From the IMG/VR virus record IMGVR_UViG_3300005973_000002: a stretch of 64,000 nt of DNA. The stretch is one strand, 5' to 3'. The notes beneath the pieces are model-generated. The model searched no databases. It was not told the DNA's origin and saw only the letters and a program-made list of their open reading frames with translations. The position numbers and the translations under genes were made by a program. This document shows positions 1-9,792 of the stretch, piece after piece (the first letter of the stretch is position 1; the number at the start of each line of letters is the position of its first letter). This DNA is from a virus (taxonomy: Duplodnaviria > Caudoviricetes).

Positions 1-3
1 ATA

Positions 4-1017
4 GTGAGAACTAAAAAAGAACTGAAAAATTATAAAAAAGACCATAGATTTCATATTCATGAAAATAAACCAGTGGAAATTAAGCTAGCTGGTTATGAAG
101 ACGAAGGAACAAAATCGCAAACAAGATTGGAAGCCCAGGTGCAACTGCCCTCAGGACATTCTGTTTCTATTAGTCAAGATGTTTTTATCAATGCTTTGCT
201 AAAAGGTGGTTTAGGACCTGGCGGAAAGCTGCCTGGGAAATATGTGTTTGCTACTGTTAACAGAAGAGTTAAATTGGTTCAAGTTGACTCTGGGCTCTAT
301 AATGCCATCTGCAAACAAGTTAAAAACCGTTCTCGTAAACCCTTAGCTATGGAACAAATGGACGTTGGAAAAGTTTATAAAACTGCTGCGGGAACCACGG
401 GCTTGTTTCTTGGGTTTGTTACTACCGAAACTATGAAGGTGGATTTACCATCAGACGCTAAAAGATACTGGTCCATCCTGGATCTTCAAAGAATCAATTT
501 AGAACCACTTGCGGACTTTGGAGTACGATTTTTACCACAAAAATTAGCATCCTTATGGTACTTGATTAATATTAATAAGTGGTCTGGTGGTCAACTAACT
601 CAAGATGAATTACTTGAGAAATTACTCAAAGATATAACAAACGAAAAACTTAATAAGATTCAAGTAAATAAAACTCATCGTTATGTTGAAGAAGTTAAAG
701 GATACCATCTTGACTTTCCATTTGACATTGTAACAGCCATTCGTTCTATAGCTGTTAGGAAGGCCGAAACTTTAATTCATAAAGCACGAATCAGAAGAAC
801 CAATCCACAATTTGTAAATTACAAAAGTAAATTTGACGAGTCGACCGTTAAAAATAAGCCAGACATACTCCGGCACTATGATGCTTGTTTGATTGAACTT
901 GACGCTGCTCTCGCAAACATGTCATTGTTCGGCTCGGGGCTTGTACGTTCAGAACCTTTTAAAATGTTTGAACGTTGGGAAACGAAGCACGATAAATTCA
1001 AAAAGGCGAAGAAATGA
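4..1017 (+). CDS. hypothetical protein, tandem paralog of 1014-2201 (may extend beyond window start)
   Basis: 337-aa ORF; shares blocks with next ORF (GGxxPGxxxxA-V---KL, VGxxYxTA----FLGF, LAxLW, HxYVEE). Confidence 0.75.
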   Translation: MRTKKELKNYKKDHRFHIHENKPVEIKLAGYEDEGTKSQTRLEAQVQLPSGHSVSISQDVFINALLKGGLGPGGKLPGKYVFATVNRRVKLVQVDSGLYNAICKQVKNRSRKPLAMEQMDVGKVYKTAAGTTGLFLGFVTTETMKVDLPSDAKRYWSILDLQRINLEPLADFGVRFLPQKLASLWYLININKWSGGQLTQDELLEKLLKDITNEKLNKIQVNKTHRYVEEVKGYHLDFPFDIVTAIRSIAVRKAETLIHKARIRRTNPQFVNYKSKFDESTVKNKPDILRHYDACLIELDAALANMSLFGSGLVRSEPFKMFERWETKHDKFKKAKK

Positions 1018-2201
1018 TACTGAAATCTGACATTCCTGAAACGGTAAATTACCTTCCAGAGAAAAAGATTCGCAACTTTAAATTTGAGTGGGATCTTCGT
1101 GATGACAAATACAATGGTGATTTTGACAAACACTTTAACGGTGTATTCGGAAGAGACTGTACGGTTCTCGTGCCAAATAGTAAGGCCGCTTCAAAGAAAG
1201 AAATTGTTAGCCTTCCAAATAAGCCAATGAAGGGACTTAGGTTCGTTGGTCGTTCACGTTATTCCACAAATTCTGATCATGTTTTAGTGCTCCTTCCTAA
1301 TGGTTATGTCGTTGAAATGGGCTTAGATTCATTTACTGAGGTTGTCTTAAACGAAGGTTTGCAACTAGGCGGGGTCATTCCAGGAGAATGGATTTGGGCA
1401 AGAGTGCTTGGTTCAATGAAGTTGATTAGAATCGGTACCGGCTTTCATCAATCGGTTCTTGATTATCTTAAAAGAGAATCAAAACCTGAATACAAACTTC
1501 AACAATTGAATGTTGGCAACATTTATGCAACCGCAGATAAAAAATTTGCAGTTTTTTTAGGATTTATTAACACTTTTTCAATGCAAGTTCGTTGCCATCC
1601 AGATGATAAAGAATATATAAGTTGGCGAAACAACCAATACGATATAGATTGGCAAAAAAAGAAAAAGCTAATACGATATGATGTTAATTTTAAAAAAGTT
1701 GATTTGGCCACTTTATGGTTTGATCTTTGGTATGAAGAATCTAACTTATTCGACAGAAGAAGTCAAATAGAACACCAAATTAAGAGTTTTAACAAATATT
1801 CTTTCATAGTAAAAAAGAAGCATGACTATGTTGAAGAATTAAAACTAAAAAAACTATCAATCCAAGATGACATTATTCTCTCGATTAGAAAGTCGACGGA
1901 GAAAGCAGCGATTCAGTCATTAAAGTTTCAAGCCGCTATGGAGAGTACCCAGCATAATCACAGCTATGGATTCACCCAGCAGCCGGATAAGATTGATCTT
2001 AATTCATATAACCCAAGTTACGAAGCAGCAACTTATATTCGTTCTGAAGCAATGAAGGCTTGTATGGTCCCATTTGGTGTTGAACCAATAATTCCTGACA
2101 TATTGAAAAAGTTCAATCCCTTTCTAAGACAAGAAAATTCAGAGTTGTCCAAGGCTCTTGAAAAAGAAAAACTCTTTAAGAGAAAGAATAAAAAGAGCTG
2201 A
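1014..2201 (+). CDS. hypothetical protein, paralog of 4-1017
   Basis: 395-aa ORF, ATGA overlap with upstream stop, shared motif blocks. Confidence 0.8.
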   Translation: MILKSDIPETVNYLPEKKIRNFKFEWDLRDDKYNGDFDKHFNGVFGRDCTVLVPNSKAASKKEIVSLPNKPMKGLRFVGRSRYSTNSDHVLVLLPNGYVVEMGLDSFTEVVLNEGLQLGGVIPGEWIWARVLGSMKLIRIGTGFHQSVLDYLKRESKPEYKLQQLNVGNIYATADKKFAVFLGFINTFSMQVRCHPDDKEYISWRNNQYDIDWQKKKKLIRYDVNFKKVDLATLWFDLWYEESNLFDRRSQIEHQIKSFNKYSFIVKKKHDYVEELKLKKLSIQDDIILSIRKSTEKAAIQSLKFQAAMESTQHNHSYGFTQQPDKIDLNSYNPSYEAATYIRSEAMKACMVPFGVEPIIPDILKKFNPFLRQENSELSKALEKEKLFKRKNKKS

Positions 2202-2268
2202 CAATAGTCGGATTTTTCCTTTATCTATTCGTAACCCATACTTATTCATGTTGCCTAAGAGGACCAAC

Positions 2269-3180
2269 ATGGATTTGAAAAAGATCATTGAGACTTCAGT
2301 AAAGGAGTCCTTGAGAAAGTCAGGAAAGCTTCCTGAAAGCAACAGAACTCAGAAGCCAAAGCTTCAAGAGGCTGTTAAAAAGCCACAGCCAGTTCTGAAG
2401 GAAGCACTTGTAGCAACACCTCAATCATTCAATCTTACAACTGAGCGACTTTCTGAAGAAACAAAACGAGCACACGAACAACTTTATCAGGGTTATGTTG
2501 AGAAATTCAATAGGTCAAGCTCTGGACTTGATGCTGTTAACATTCATGATGCAAACGCAAATCGAAGTGATTACAGATCACTAAAAAATGATGAAACCTA
2601 TAATCTCAATGCTATGAAGCTTCACGAGCTTTATTTCAACAACATCTCTGATTTGTCATCAGAGATTGGAGTTGATTCTCTCCCCTACATGCGTCTTTCA
2701 AGGGATTTTGGTACATTTGAAAAATGGCAGTTTGACTTCATGGCTGCTTGCAAATCAGCTAGAAACGGTTGGGGACTTGTTGTTTACGAACCATATAAAG
2801 GCGTTTACATGAACGTTATTGTTGACCTTCATAATGTAAACATTCCATTGGGCACCATTCCTGTGTTAGTAATAGACATGTGGGAACATGCTTATTACAA
2901 CGATTATCAAAACAATAAAGATGATTATCTTGTTGCAATGATGCGAGAAATAAACTGGAACGTAGTAGAAGCTAGGATGGTTTTAGCAGAACGTTCAGAT
3001 TTAAGTGCTCTTTACATGATTAAACCTGTTTATAACATGGAACCTAAAAAGATGCTAGATACTGCCACCTCTCCACCCATTGACCGAGTAACTACTTCGG
3101 GACAAGTGGAAGTACCTAGCACTTCACCACCTGGACCTGAAGTAATTGCACCAAATCTTAGACGGGAGCCACAGCAATGA
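2269..3180 (+). CDS. sod: Fe/Mn superoxide dismutase family protein with basic N-terminal extension
   Basis: HxxLYxGYV, LHELYF and DMWEHAYY metal-ligand motifs; ATG 2269 follows AAGAGGA SD. Confidence 0.85.
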   Translation: MDLKKIIETSVKESLRKSGKLPESNRTQKPKLQEAVKKPQPVLKEALVATPQSFNLTTERLSEETKRAHEQLYQGYVEKFNRSSSGLDAVNIHDANANRSDYRSLKNDETYNLNAMKLHELYFNNISDLSSEIGVDSLPYMRLSRDFGTFEKWQFDFMAACKSARNGWGLVVYEPYKGVYMNVIVDLHNVNIPLGTIPVLVIDMWEHAYYNDYQNNKDDYLVAMMREINWNVVEARMVLAERSDLSALYMIKPVYNMEPKKMLDTATSPPIDRVTTSGQVEVPSTSPPGPEVIAPNLRREPQQ

Positions 3181-3860
3181 AGAACACCCAAAATCTCAAG
3201 AGGCTCTTGGAGCAACTTCTTAATGAAGCCGAACCAGTTGAAAGACCTAAGTCCATGGCTGACTTTGCGCCAACTGAAGATAAGCCCGTTTCGTTGGATC
3301 AGGCCATAGATCGCTATTTTGTCCAGTATGAACGTGAATCTATTCCTACCAGTGAAATGTTTGAAAGTAATGTAAGCAAGCTAATTGGATATCTTTTTGA
3401 ACAGGATATAGAAGAACCAGAGGGCGAAGACGTTGGAGCAGGTGATGAAGGTGGGCTTGACATTGACGCTCCAGCCGGTGATTTGGGTCTTGGAGCTGAT
3501 GCTGATCCAGCAGGCGGCGAAGACCTTGGGTTTGGCGATGATGCAACCCCACCAGCAGGTGAAGGAGATGACGCCGAGCAACCTGTGGTAAACACGCCGC
3601 AAATAAACCTACAAGACTTTACAAGAAGCGTTGCTAGACTTGTCAACAATGCACAATCTTTAATAGATTTTAGAACGCTTATCTTGAACAGAGCTGAAGC
3701 TTACATCAGAAGCAACTACAATGAAAGAACGGCTAATGAAATGATGAGCATTCTTGATAACCAGTGGGATCTAAGGCCAGAATCTGTAGAGACTAGCTCA
3801 ACTCCTTCTTCAGAATATCCTCAACCACGAACGGCGGTCACCGGCCCCATGGGTGGATAA
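3177..3860 (+). CDS. acidic hypothetical protein with LKRLLEQLLNEA leader (probable virion/prohead protein)
   Basis: 227-aa ORF, D/E/G/A-rich central linker, start overlaps upstream stop. Confidence 0.75.
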   Translation: MKNTQNLKRLLEQLLNEAEPVERPKSMADFAPTEDKPVSLDQAIDRYFVQYERESIPTSEMFESNVSKLIGYLFEQDIEEPEGEDVGAGDEGGLDIDAPAGDLGLGADADPAGGEDLGFGDDATPPAGEGDDAEQPVVNTPQINLQDFTRSVARLVNNAQSLIDFRTLILNRAEAYIRSNYNERTANEMMSILDNQWDLRPESVETSSTPSSEYPQPRTAVTGPMGG

Positions 3861-4154
3861 ATGTCCATCAAAAAAACAAAAATAGTTTTTGACTTTGATG
3901 CTGATTCGCTCAAGGAACTTCGAAGAGTCCTTTTTGCGAAAGGTCTCAACCCACAACAGTTCCTAACTTATATAGTAGAGTTAGTTTCCATGAGAGATTC
4001 CCGCATTTTGGGAATCTTGGATGAAGCTATATTAAACAAGGATATACATCGTGGTAAAGGTCGTGCAAACACGACTGATGCTGAAACGATTTATGAATTA
4101 ATCAAGCAAGAACTTGATGAACAACAAAAGAATGGGGTGAACCATGACTCTTAA
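3861..4154 (+). CDS. hypothetical protein
   Basis: 97-aa ORF abutting neighbours. Confidence 0.65.
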   Translation: MSIKKTKIVFDFDADSLKELRRVLFAKGLNPQQFLTYIVELVSMRDSRILGILDEAILNKDIHRGKGRANTTDAETIYELIKQELDEQQKNGVNHDS

Positions 4155-4488
4155 GAGCAAGGTCGTAAAAGCACTCGAAATTTTACTTTCGGATGAAGAA
4201 TCGAAATTTTCTGTAGGAGGTGAGCAAACTTATGAAAATCTTCTTGCTCAGTTTACAGATAATAATGATTCTCAAAAGATAAGAGAGTTGCAAAATGTAG
4301 TCTATGGGTTAAGCTCTAAAGTAACTTTGTTGACTGATAAAGTTCATGAACTCAATGACCAGATTGTAAATCTAACCACACTCCATGAGGAACTCATGTA
4401 TATCCTTGATCAAGGAATTGGTCAGCAGGAAGACAATGATACTTCGATGAGTCTAAACTTCAAAACAAAGAAGTATGAACTCAACTGA
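4144..4488 (+). CDS. hypothetical coiled-coil protein
   Basis: 114-aa ORF with heptad-like segment; GGGGTGA SD. Confidence 0.65.
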   Translation: MTLKSKVVKALEILLSDEESKFSVGGEQTYENLLAQFTDNNDSQKIRELQNVVYGLSSKVTLLTDKVHELNDQIVNLTTLHEELMYILDQGIGQQEDNDTSMSLNFKTKKYELN

Positions 4489-4957
4489 AAAATCTACTGA
4501 AGGTAAAGAAACTAAACCAAAAGAAAAAAAGGAGTCAGGGAACAAAAAAGTTCTAAACTTCTTAAAGAAGATGTTCGGAGCCATTTGGGAATGGCTCAAG
4601 AGCAACTGGCTCCCTTTATTCTTAATGTTTGCAGTCGCTGCACTTTTTGCAAAAGGTTGCGAGCGAACTCAAACATATAATTCTCTTTTTGAGCAATATC
4701 AAGAGCAAAGTATTGACCATCAACGACAATTAAAAGAGTTGCGTGAACTTCAACAAGCTGAACGTGAAGAGCTGGATAGGCAGCTTCATCAATACTTTGA
4801 AAATATGAATCGCATCGAACGAGAATACAAACAAGAAATTCAGAGAATTGAGTCTTCAAGGGAAAGTAGGCGTGTTACCATCATAAGAGACCATGATAGG
4901 GACCCAACTACGCTAACAGATGAAGTTAGGCGTGTCTTTGGAATTCCCGTGGAGTGA
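4475..4957 (+). CDS. single-TM coiled-coil membrane protein (i-spanin-like)
   Basis: basic N-terminus, hydrophobic LPLFLMFAVAALFA, long Q/E/R coiled coil. Confidence 0.6.
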   Translation: MNSTEKSTEGKETKPKEKKESGNKKVLNFLKKMFGAIWEWLKSNWLPLFLMFAVAALFAKGCERTQTYNSLFEQYQEQSIDHQRQLKELRELQQAEREELDRQLHQYFENMNRIEREYKQEIQRIESSRESRRVTIIRDHDRDPTTLTDEVRRVFGIPVE

Positions 4958-4961
4958 TCCT

Positions 4962-5609
4962 ATGAAAGATTCACGTTTATTAATATTTTTTACAGTTGTT
5001 TCCATGTTTGTCACAGCCTGTGGAGCGCCAGCTATCGCTCAAACCCCAGAGGTTTCTGTTTCTGAACAAACCTCTGGGACTGAAACAGAAGAAGTAGTCA
5101 CGGAAGCATCGAACGAACCCGAAACAGAAGTGTTGGTTGATTACGAACCTGCTCCACTTGATGAAGTAGAATTAGACCCGCCGCATAGAACCAATGGTGA
5201 AAATGGTGAAAGACAAACATATCTTGCAAATGGCGAACCTGCGCCTTTTGCAGGACTTCTGCTTAATCCAGAGGCTATTGCTTTTATTGTTTCGGAGTGG
5301 GAAGCTTATCAGCTTAGAGCTACAGCAGCATTACGTCTGCAACGTGAATCTGACATGAACAGATTGAGGCTAGAAGTTGGTCGACTTCATCTTAGATTGC
5401 AAACGGTTGAAAGAGAACGTGAAGTTGCAATTGAAGGACTTCAAAGAGAAAATCAACGACTTATACAAATACATGAAGATTATATTGAAGAGCAAACTGG
5501 TGGATTTTGGAATACAGATTTCGGTCAGGTATTACAATATGGTCTTATCGTAATCAGTTCGGTAGCAATAGGTGCTGTTGTTGGTTATGTTGCTAGCGCT
5601 TTACAATAG
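4962..5609 (+). CDS. lipoprotein with C-terminal TM helix (spanin-like)
   Basis: signal peptide with lipobox VTA|C, coiled coil, C-terminal TM YGLIVISSVAIGAVVGYVA; GGAG SD before ATG 4962. Confidence 0.6.
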   Translation: MKDSRLLIFFTVVSMFVTACGAPAIAQTPEVSVSEQTSGTETEEVVTEASNEPETEVLVDYEPAPLDEVELDPPHRTNGENGERQTYLANGEPAPFAGLLLNPEAIAFIVSEWEAYQLRATAALRLQRESDMNRLRLEVGRLHLRLQTVEREREVAIEGLQRENQRLIQIHEDYIEEQTGGFWNTDFGQVLQYGLIVISSVAIGAVVGYVASALQ

Positions 5610-5617
5610 GAGGCGAC

Positions 5618-5953
5618 ATGGTTTTAAAGATTTATGGAGCTTCGGATGACCTGGTAGAAATTGAAGGTCACTTTTCCGAAGAAGTTGATTGCTATGATCA
5701 AAACGTACTAATAACCGTTGGTTGGACTGAGGCATCAGCCGGCAAAGATTCGCAAGGTGTTCATGTTTTAATGCGTTATGCTCCCAAATGGGTCAACGCA
5801 GGTGTGTGGACAGCAGAAGTTTCACCAATTGATGAAGATGTTGAAATACCATGGCCAGTAACGGTAAAACTTAGCGAAAGAGGGTATTCAGCTGAAGTTT
5901 CAATACTTTGCCCGGATGATGTTCCTGTTTCATTTAAAAAGTTAAGCTTGTAG
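5618..5953 (+). CDS. hypothetical protein
   Basis: 111-aa ORF with AGGAGG SD. Confidence 0.75.
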   Translation: MVLKIYGASDDLVEIEGHFSEEVDCYDQNVLITVGWTEASAGKDSQGVHVLMRYAPKWVNAGVWTAEVSPIDEDVEIPWPVTVKLSERGYSAEVSILCPDDVPVSFKKLSL

Positions 5954-5998
5954 GTTTAACATTATTTTATGCGATGAAAGTATGAACTTGAGGTAAAC

Positions 5999-6616
5999 AT
6001 GAGTCAACAAGAACTTATTGAAAAGCTTGAGAAGAACTATGACCTTTTCGTTAGTCTCGTAGGTCGAATTAAAAATGAAGACGCCAGAGAGGCGCTTCTA
6101 GCGTTGTGTAACGAACAAAAAGATAGACTGGCAGCGGCACCAGCTTCTACACGTTTAGACTATGTTGGAGCATATCCTGGTGGTTTGGTTGAATACAGTC
6201 TAAGTGTATTGAAAATAGCCAAAGATCTAAACAAGGTTTTCGGTGCTAATATTGACACGGATTCACTTATTATTACGAGTTTGTTTCATGACCTTGGAAA
6301 GCTCGGCGACACTGAAAATGACTACTACGTAGAACAGGAATCTGATTGGCACCGAACAAAACTTGGTATGATGTATGATTTCAATCCTGAAGTTTCACGG
6401 ATTCCCGTCTGCCAACGTTCGTTATGGTGGTTAAATGGTGCTGGGTGTCCTCTTTCTTTAGATGAAGTCGCAGCTATCTCTAGCCTTCATCATATGAATC
6501 AAATGTATGCATCCGAAGTCTATGAATCGCCGATGTTGTCTGTGATTCTACAGACCGCAGTCCGTGTTGCGTGCATAAATGGCAAAGGAAAAACTTCTGT
6601 CCTTGACAAGGGATGA
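5999..6616 (+). CDS. HD-domain phosphohydrolase (YhaM-like), first His replaced
   Basis: YPGGLVEYSL and FHDLGK motifs. Confidence 0.8.
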   Translation: MSQQELIEKLEKNYDLFVSLVGRIKNEDAREALLALCNEQKDRLAAAPASTRLDYVGAYPGGLVEYSLSVLKIAKDLNKVFGANIDTDSLIITSLFHDLGKLGDTENDYYVEQESDWHRTKLGMMYDFNPEVSRIPVCQRSLWWLNGAGCPLSLDEVAAISSLHHMNQMYASEVYESPMLSVILQTAVRVACINGKGKTSVLDKG

Positions 6617-6776
6617 ACTACCCAAGCTCATTTATGAGTATAAGTTTCACTTAGCCTGTAGAAGGGTAGTGAAATTTAGTAGCAGTATTGCTAACATTCT
6701 ATCGAACCGCTAAAACTGCAAAATAATACTATTCTTGGAAGAATTTTGGAGTGGTTTAAGCGATGAAACAGGGCCT

Positions 6777-6810
6777 AAAATTACCCTCTTTTTGTGGGTA
6801 AATTTTTTTT
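6777..6810 (+). terminator. putative intrinsic terminator
   Basis: AATTACCC...GGGTAAATT hairpin followed by T8. Confidence 0.55.
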
Positions 6811-7012
6811 CTACACGCTCGTAAGTGCCTGAAATCATTGAGGATAAATCTTAAGTTTATATTCGTCAACTTAGGCATTTAGAGGGTGCAGTACAATACT
6901 TATTAGTACCTGAGAGACAACCGTTTCAATGGTAATTTCTCAAATCTAATAAACTAATATAACAAATAAATACAATAACTTTAAATAAGAAAAATAAATA
7001 GGAGAAAATAAA

Positions 7013-7888
7013 ATGGCATATAATCTTGATGCAATTAAGCAGAAGATCGCTGACCTCAATGGCGGTCGTAAACCTGGTGACAAGAAAAGAGCAAACAGAC
7101 CTAAGCTGGCTTGGTTCAAGCCAAGTCTTGGTCCAAGTGATTCTCCAAACTCGTATGAGATTCGTTTCCTTCCATACACAGATGCAAACGAGCAGCCCTT
7201 TCAAGAAGTAAGTTATTACGATAACAAGCAGCTTCATGAACATCGTCTTGTTGCTCCTGCACAGTTCGGTATGAAGGACCCTATTTTTGAGTTACTTGAT
7301 GAACTTAGAAAAGAAGGCACCCGTGAGTCTTGGAGACTTTGGGGAACGCTTCGTCCAAAAGACCGTTTTTATGCACCAGTTCTTGTTCGTGGTGAAGAAG
7401 ATAGGGGTGTTCAGGTATGGGAATTGAATGCTAAAATTCTCAAAGATATTTACTCGGTTCTAGCGCATCCCGATTATGCGGATGAAAACATGATGGATGT
7501 TGAGAATGGTTTCGACTTTACGCTCAACGTTACTGATTCGGGTAAGAAGTTCAACCAATACACAATCAAGAATTACGATATTCAACCACGACGCAAGCCA
7601 AGCAAGCTTGCTTCAACGCAAAAAGCTCGTGATGAACTTGTTAACTCTGTTCCAAATCTTGAAGAATATTTCAAGAGCATGGTTCGTGACCCTGAGTATC
7701 TTGATAAAGTAGTAGAGAATTTCGTAGCAAAGACACTTGGTTCAACATCGGATGATAATGATGAGGATACAAGTTCTGACAATTTGAGCGTCGCTCGGGG
7801 ACGAAATTCATCAGATGAAGATGAAAAGGCTCTAAAGAGTATTGATGATGCATTCGATGACTTAGATGACGAAGATTCACCATTCTGA
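7013..7888 (+). CDS. single-stranded DNA-binding protein, T4 gp32-like
   Basis: W(F)KP, IRFLP, RFYAPVLVRGEED-GVQVW, DVENGFDF motifs; acidic tail ending DSPF; AGGAG SD. Confidence 0.9.
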   Translation: MAYNLDAIKQKIADLNGGRKPGDKKRANRPKLAWFKPSLGPSDSPNSYEIRFLPYTDANEQPFQEVSYYDNKQLHEHRLVAPAQFGMKDPIFELLDELRKEGTRESWRLWGTLRPKDRFYAPVLVRGEEDRGVQVWELNAKILKDIYSVLAHPDYADENMMDVENGFDFTLNVTDSGKKFNQYTIKNYDIQPRRKPSKLASTQKARDELVNSVPNLEEYFKSMVRDPEYLDKVVENFVAKTLGSTSDDNDEDTSSDNLSVARGRNSSDEDEKALKSIDDAFDDLDDEDSPF

Positions 7889-7910
7889 GTTTCGGTAAAG
7901 ACTGAGTAAT

Positions 7911-7944
7911 AAGAGCCCAGCCCTAAAAAGCTGGGTTTCTTTTT
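7911..7944 (+). terminator. intrinsic terminator after SSB gene
   Basis: GCCCAGC/GCTGGGT stem followed by a T-rich tail. Confidence 0.85.
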
Positions 7945-7952
7945 CTCAACTG

Positions 7953-7981
7953 TTTATACTTCAAACTTAGCTTGTTACCAT
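7953..7981 (+). promoter_or_regulatory. sigma70-like promoter for recA
   Basis: TTTATA-N17-TACCAT; same geometry at 12641, 33864, 34328, 38088. Confidence 0.5.
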
Positions 7982-8001
7982 CATTGAATAAGAGGTAGAC
8001 T

Positions 8002-9210
8002 GTGGCCAAAAAGAAAAAAGATGAAGAAGACAAAGATGATTTTACTCTGAACCTTATCAAGCAACTTAATAAAGAAAATGGCGAAAGAGTTGCTTTTAAC
8101 TTAAGGTCGGATGATGCACCCACCAATATCAAAAGGTGGATCAGTACAGGTTCTCAACAGCTTGATTTTATTATTGCAAACAAATTAGGTGGCGGCCTTC
8201 CTGAGGGGCGAGTAATTGAGATTCAAGGACCCACGTCAAGTGGTAAGAGTCACATTGCTTTTGAGGCTGCCAAAGATACACAGAGGCAGGGTGGAATTGT
8301 AGTCTACATTGATACAGAAAATGCCACAAGTTTAGATAATCTTCAAGCACTGGGAATTGATGTTACAAAAAGATTTGTATTTTGTCAAACGGCATGCACA
8401 GAAGAGATTTTTGCAATCATAGAATCAACGATTCTAAAAGCTCGTGCGATGATCAAGGATGTTCCAGTTACAATCATTTGGGACTCTGTTGCAGCTTCAT
8501 CGCCAAAAGCAGAACTCGAAGGTGATTATGACCAAAACACCATTGGTCTACAGGCACGTGTGTTGGGTAAAGGAATGCGCAAGATTGTCAATATCATCGG
8601 CAATCAAAATGTTACCTTGCTGCTCATTAACCAACAACGACAAAAGATAGGTGTGATGTTTGGTGATCCAACTACTACACCAGGTGGCATGGCCATCCCC
8701 TATGCTTCGTCAGTTCGAATTCGCATTGCCTCAGAAGGGCAAACCAAAATAAAAGATAAAAAGAATAACGTCATCGGTATCAAAGTAAAAGCTAAGACGA
8801 TCAAAAATCGTGTTGCTCGACCATTCCGTGAATGTGAATTTCAAATCATTTTCGGCGTCGGGGTTGTAGAAACCGAAGAAGTATTTGATCTCTTTAGAAG
8901 TCATTGTGATGCTGTGCAGAAAGCGACAAATAACGGAGTAGAGTTTGAGAAAACTTATGTCTCGGTAAATGGAACAGCTGCTTGGAAATACTTTACAGTT
9001 ACGGATGCTGACACTGGAGAACTATTGATTGAAGAGAAGTTTTACAAGACTGATTTCGGGAATGTTCTCTATAAGCCTGAGTACAAAAAGTACATGGATG
9101 CACTTTTTGAGAGTGCATTGAGAATGGATCCAAACGATATGAAACACCCAACCTTCTCTGGAATCAATTCGGATTCAATTGAAGAAGCGGAAGCGGTGCA
9201 GGGTGATTAA
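8002..9210 (+). CDS. recA: RecA/UvsX recombinase
   Basis: ISTG..LD, Walker A GPTSSGKS, YIDTE, IIWDSVA, INQ, TTPGG motifs; GTG start. Confidence 0.95.
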   Translation: MAKKKKDEEDKDDFTLNLIKQLNKENGERVAFNLRSDDAPTNIKRWISTGSQQLDFIIANKLGGGLPEGRVIEIQGPTSSGKSHIAFEAAKDTQRQGGIVVYIDTENATSLDNLQALGIDVTKRFVFCQTACTEEIFAIIESTILKARAMIKDVPVTIIWDSVAASSPKAELEGDYDQNTIGLQARVLGKGMRKIVNIIGNQNVTLLLINQQRQKIGVMFGDPTTTPGGMAIPYASSVRIRIASEGQTKIKDKKNNVIGIKVKAKTIKNRVARPFRECEFQIIFGVGVVETEEVFDLFRSHCDAVQKATNNGVEFEKTYVSVNGTAAWKYFTVTDADTGELLIEEKFYKTDFGNVLYKPEYKKYMDALFESALRMDPNDMKHPTFSGINSDSIEEAEAVQGD

Positions 9211-9222
9211 TGTGAGTCAAAT

Positions 9223-9450
9223 ATGAAAAAGACGTCCGTAAAGAATATCCTGAAAAGGCAAGACCCGGCATTCGAACCGCTGTATTGGTCACGACTCCCA
9301 GGTAAATTTGTGGATAAATTCAGTGGTGAACAAATGATGAAGCTACCAATATCTGATCCTCTTCAGTGGAATAGAACATTAGTTGAAGTAGTGAAAGATG
9401 CAACCACTTTGATACACAAGAAATCCCTCAGCTTCCAGCTAATTTCCTAG
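9223..9450 (+). CDS. hypothetical protein
   Basis: 75-aa ORF filling the operon gap. Confidence 0.55.
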   Translation: MKKTSVKNILKRQDPAFEPLYWSRLPGKFVDKFSGEQMMKLPISDPLQWNRTLVEVVKDATTLIHKKSLSFQLIS

Positions 9451-9782
9451 TGTCTAATGGTCTTGGGTTTGTATTATTGGAATCCAGCGTGACTTATCGT
9501 CCCTTCTTGACCGAGGAAGAAGAAATGGATGTCGGAGTAAATTTTTCTGATGCTAAACAGATGGGTGTGCTCAATAGCAAAATAGCGATCTTTAAATCGA
9601 ACTGTATCCCAGAAAACCAAATCTTAGTGGCTTTGGCAGGAAATGGAACAGAAATTGTTACGCTTGAAGATCCTTCTTTGCTGGGAGTGCCCCATATTGA
9701 GGTAAAGACTTCTAAGAAACCACATAAGCAGGTTGGACAAGTTGAACATTGGGGTTTAATTGAGATTCTTGATGTTTTTTGA
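9450..9782 (+). CDS. hypothetical protein
   Basis: 110-aa ORF, GTG start overlapping upstream stop. Confidence 0.55.
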   Translation: MSNGLGFVLLESSVTYRPFLTEEEEMDVGVNFSDAKQMGVLNSKIAIFKSNCIPENQILVALAGNGTEIVTLEDPSLLGVPHIEVKTSKKPHKQVGQVEHWGLIEILDVF

Positions 9783-9792
9783 TAGGTAACAC

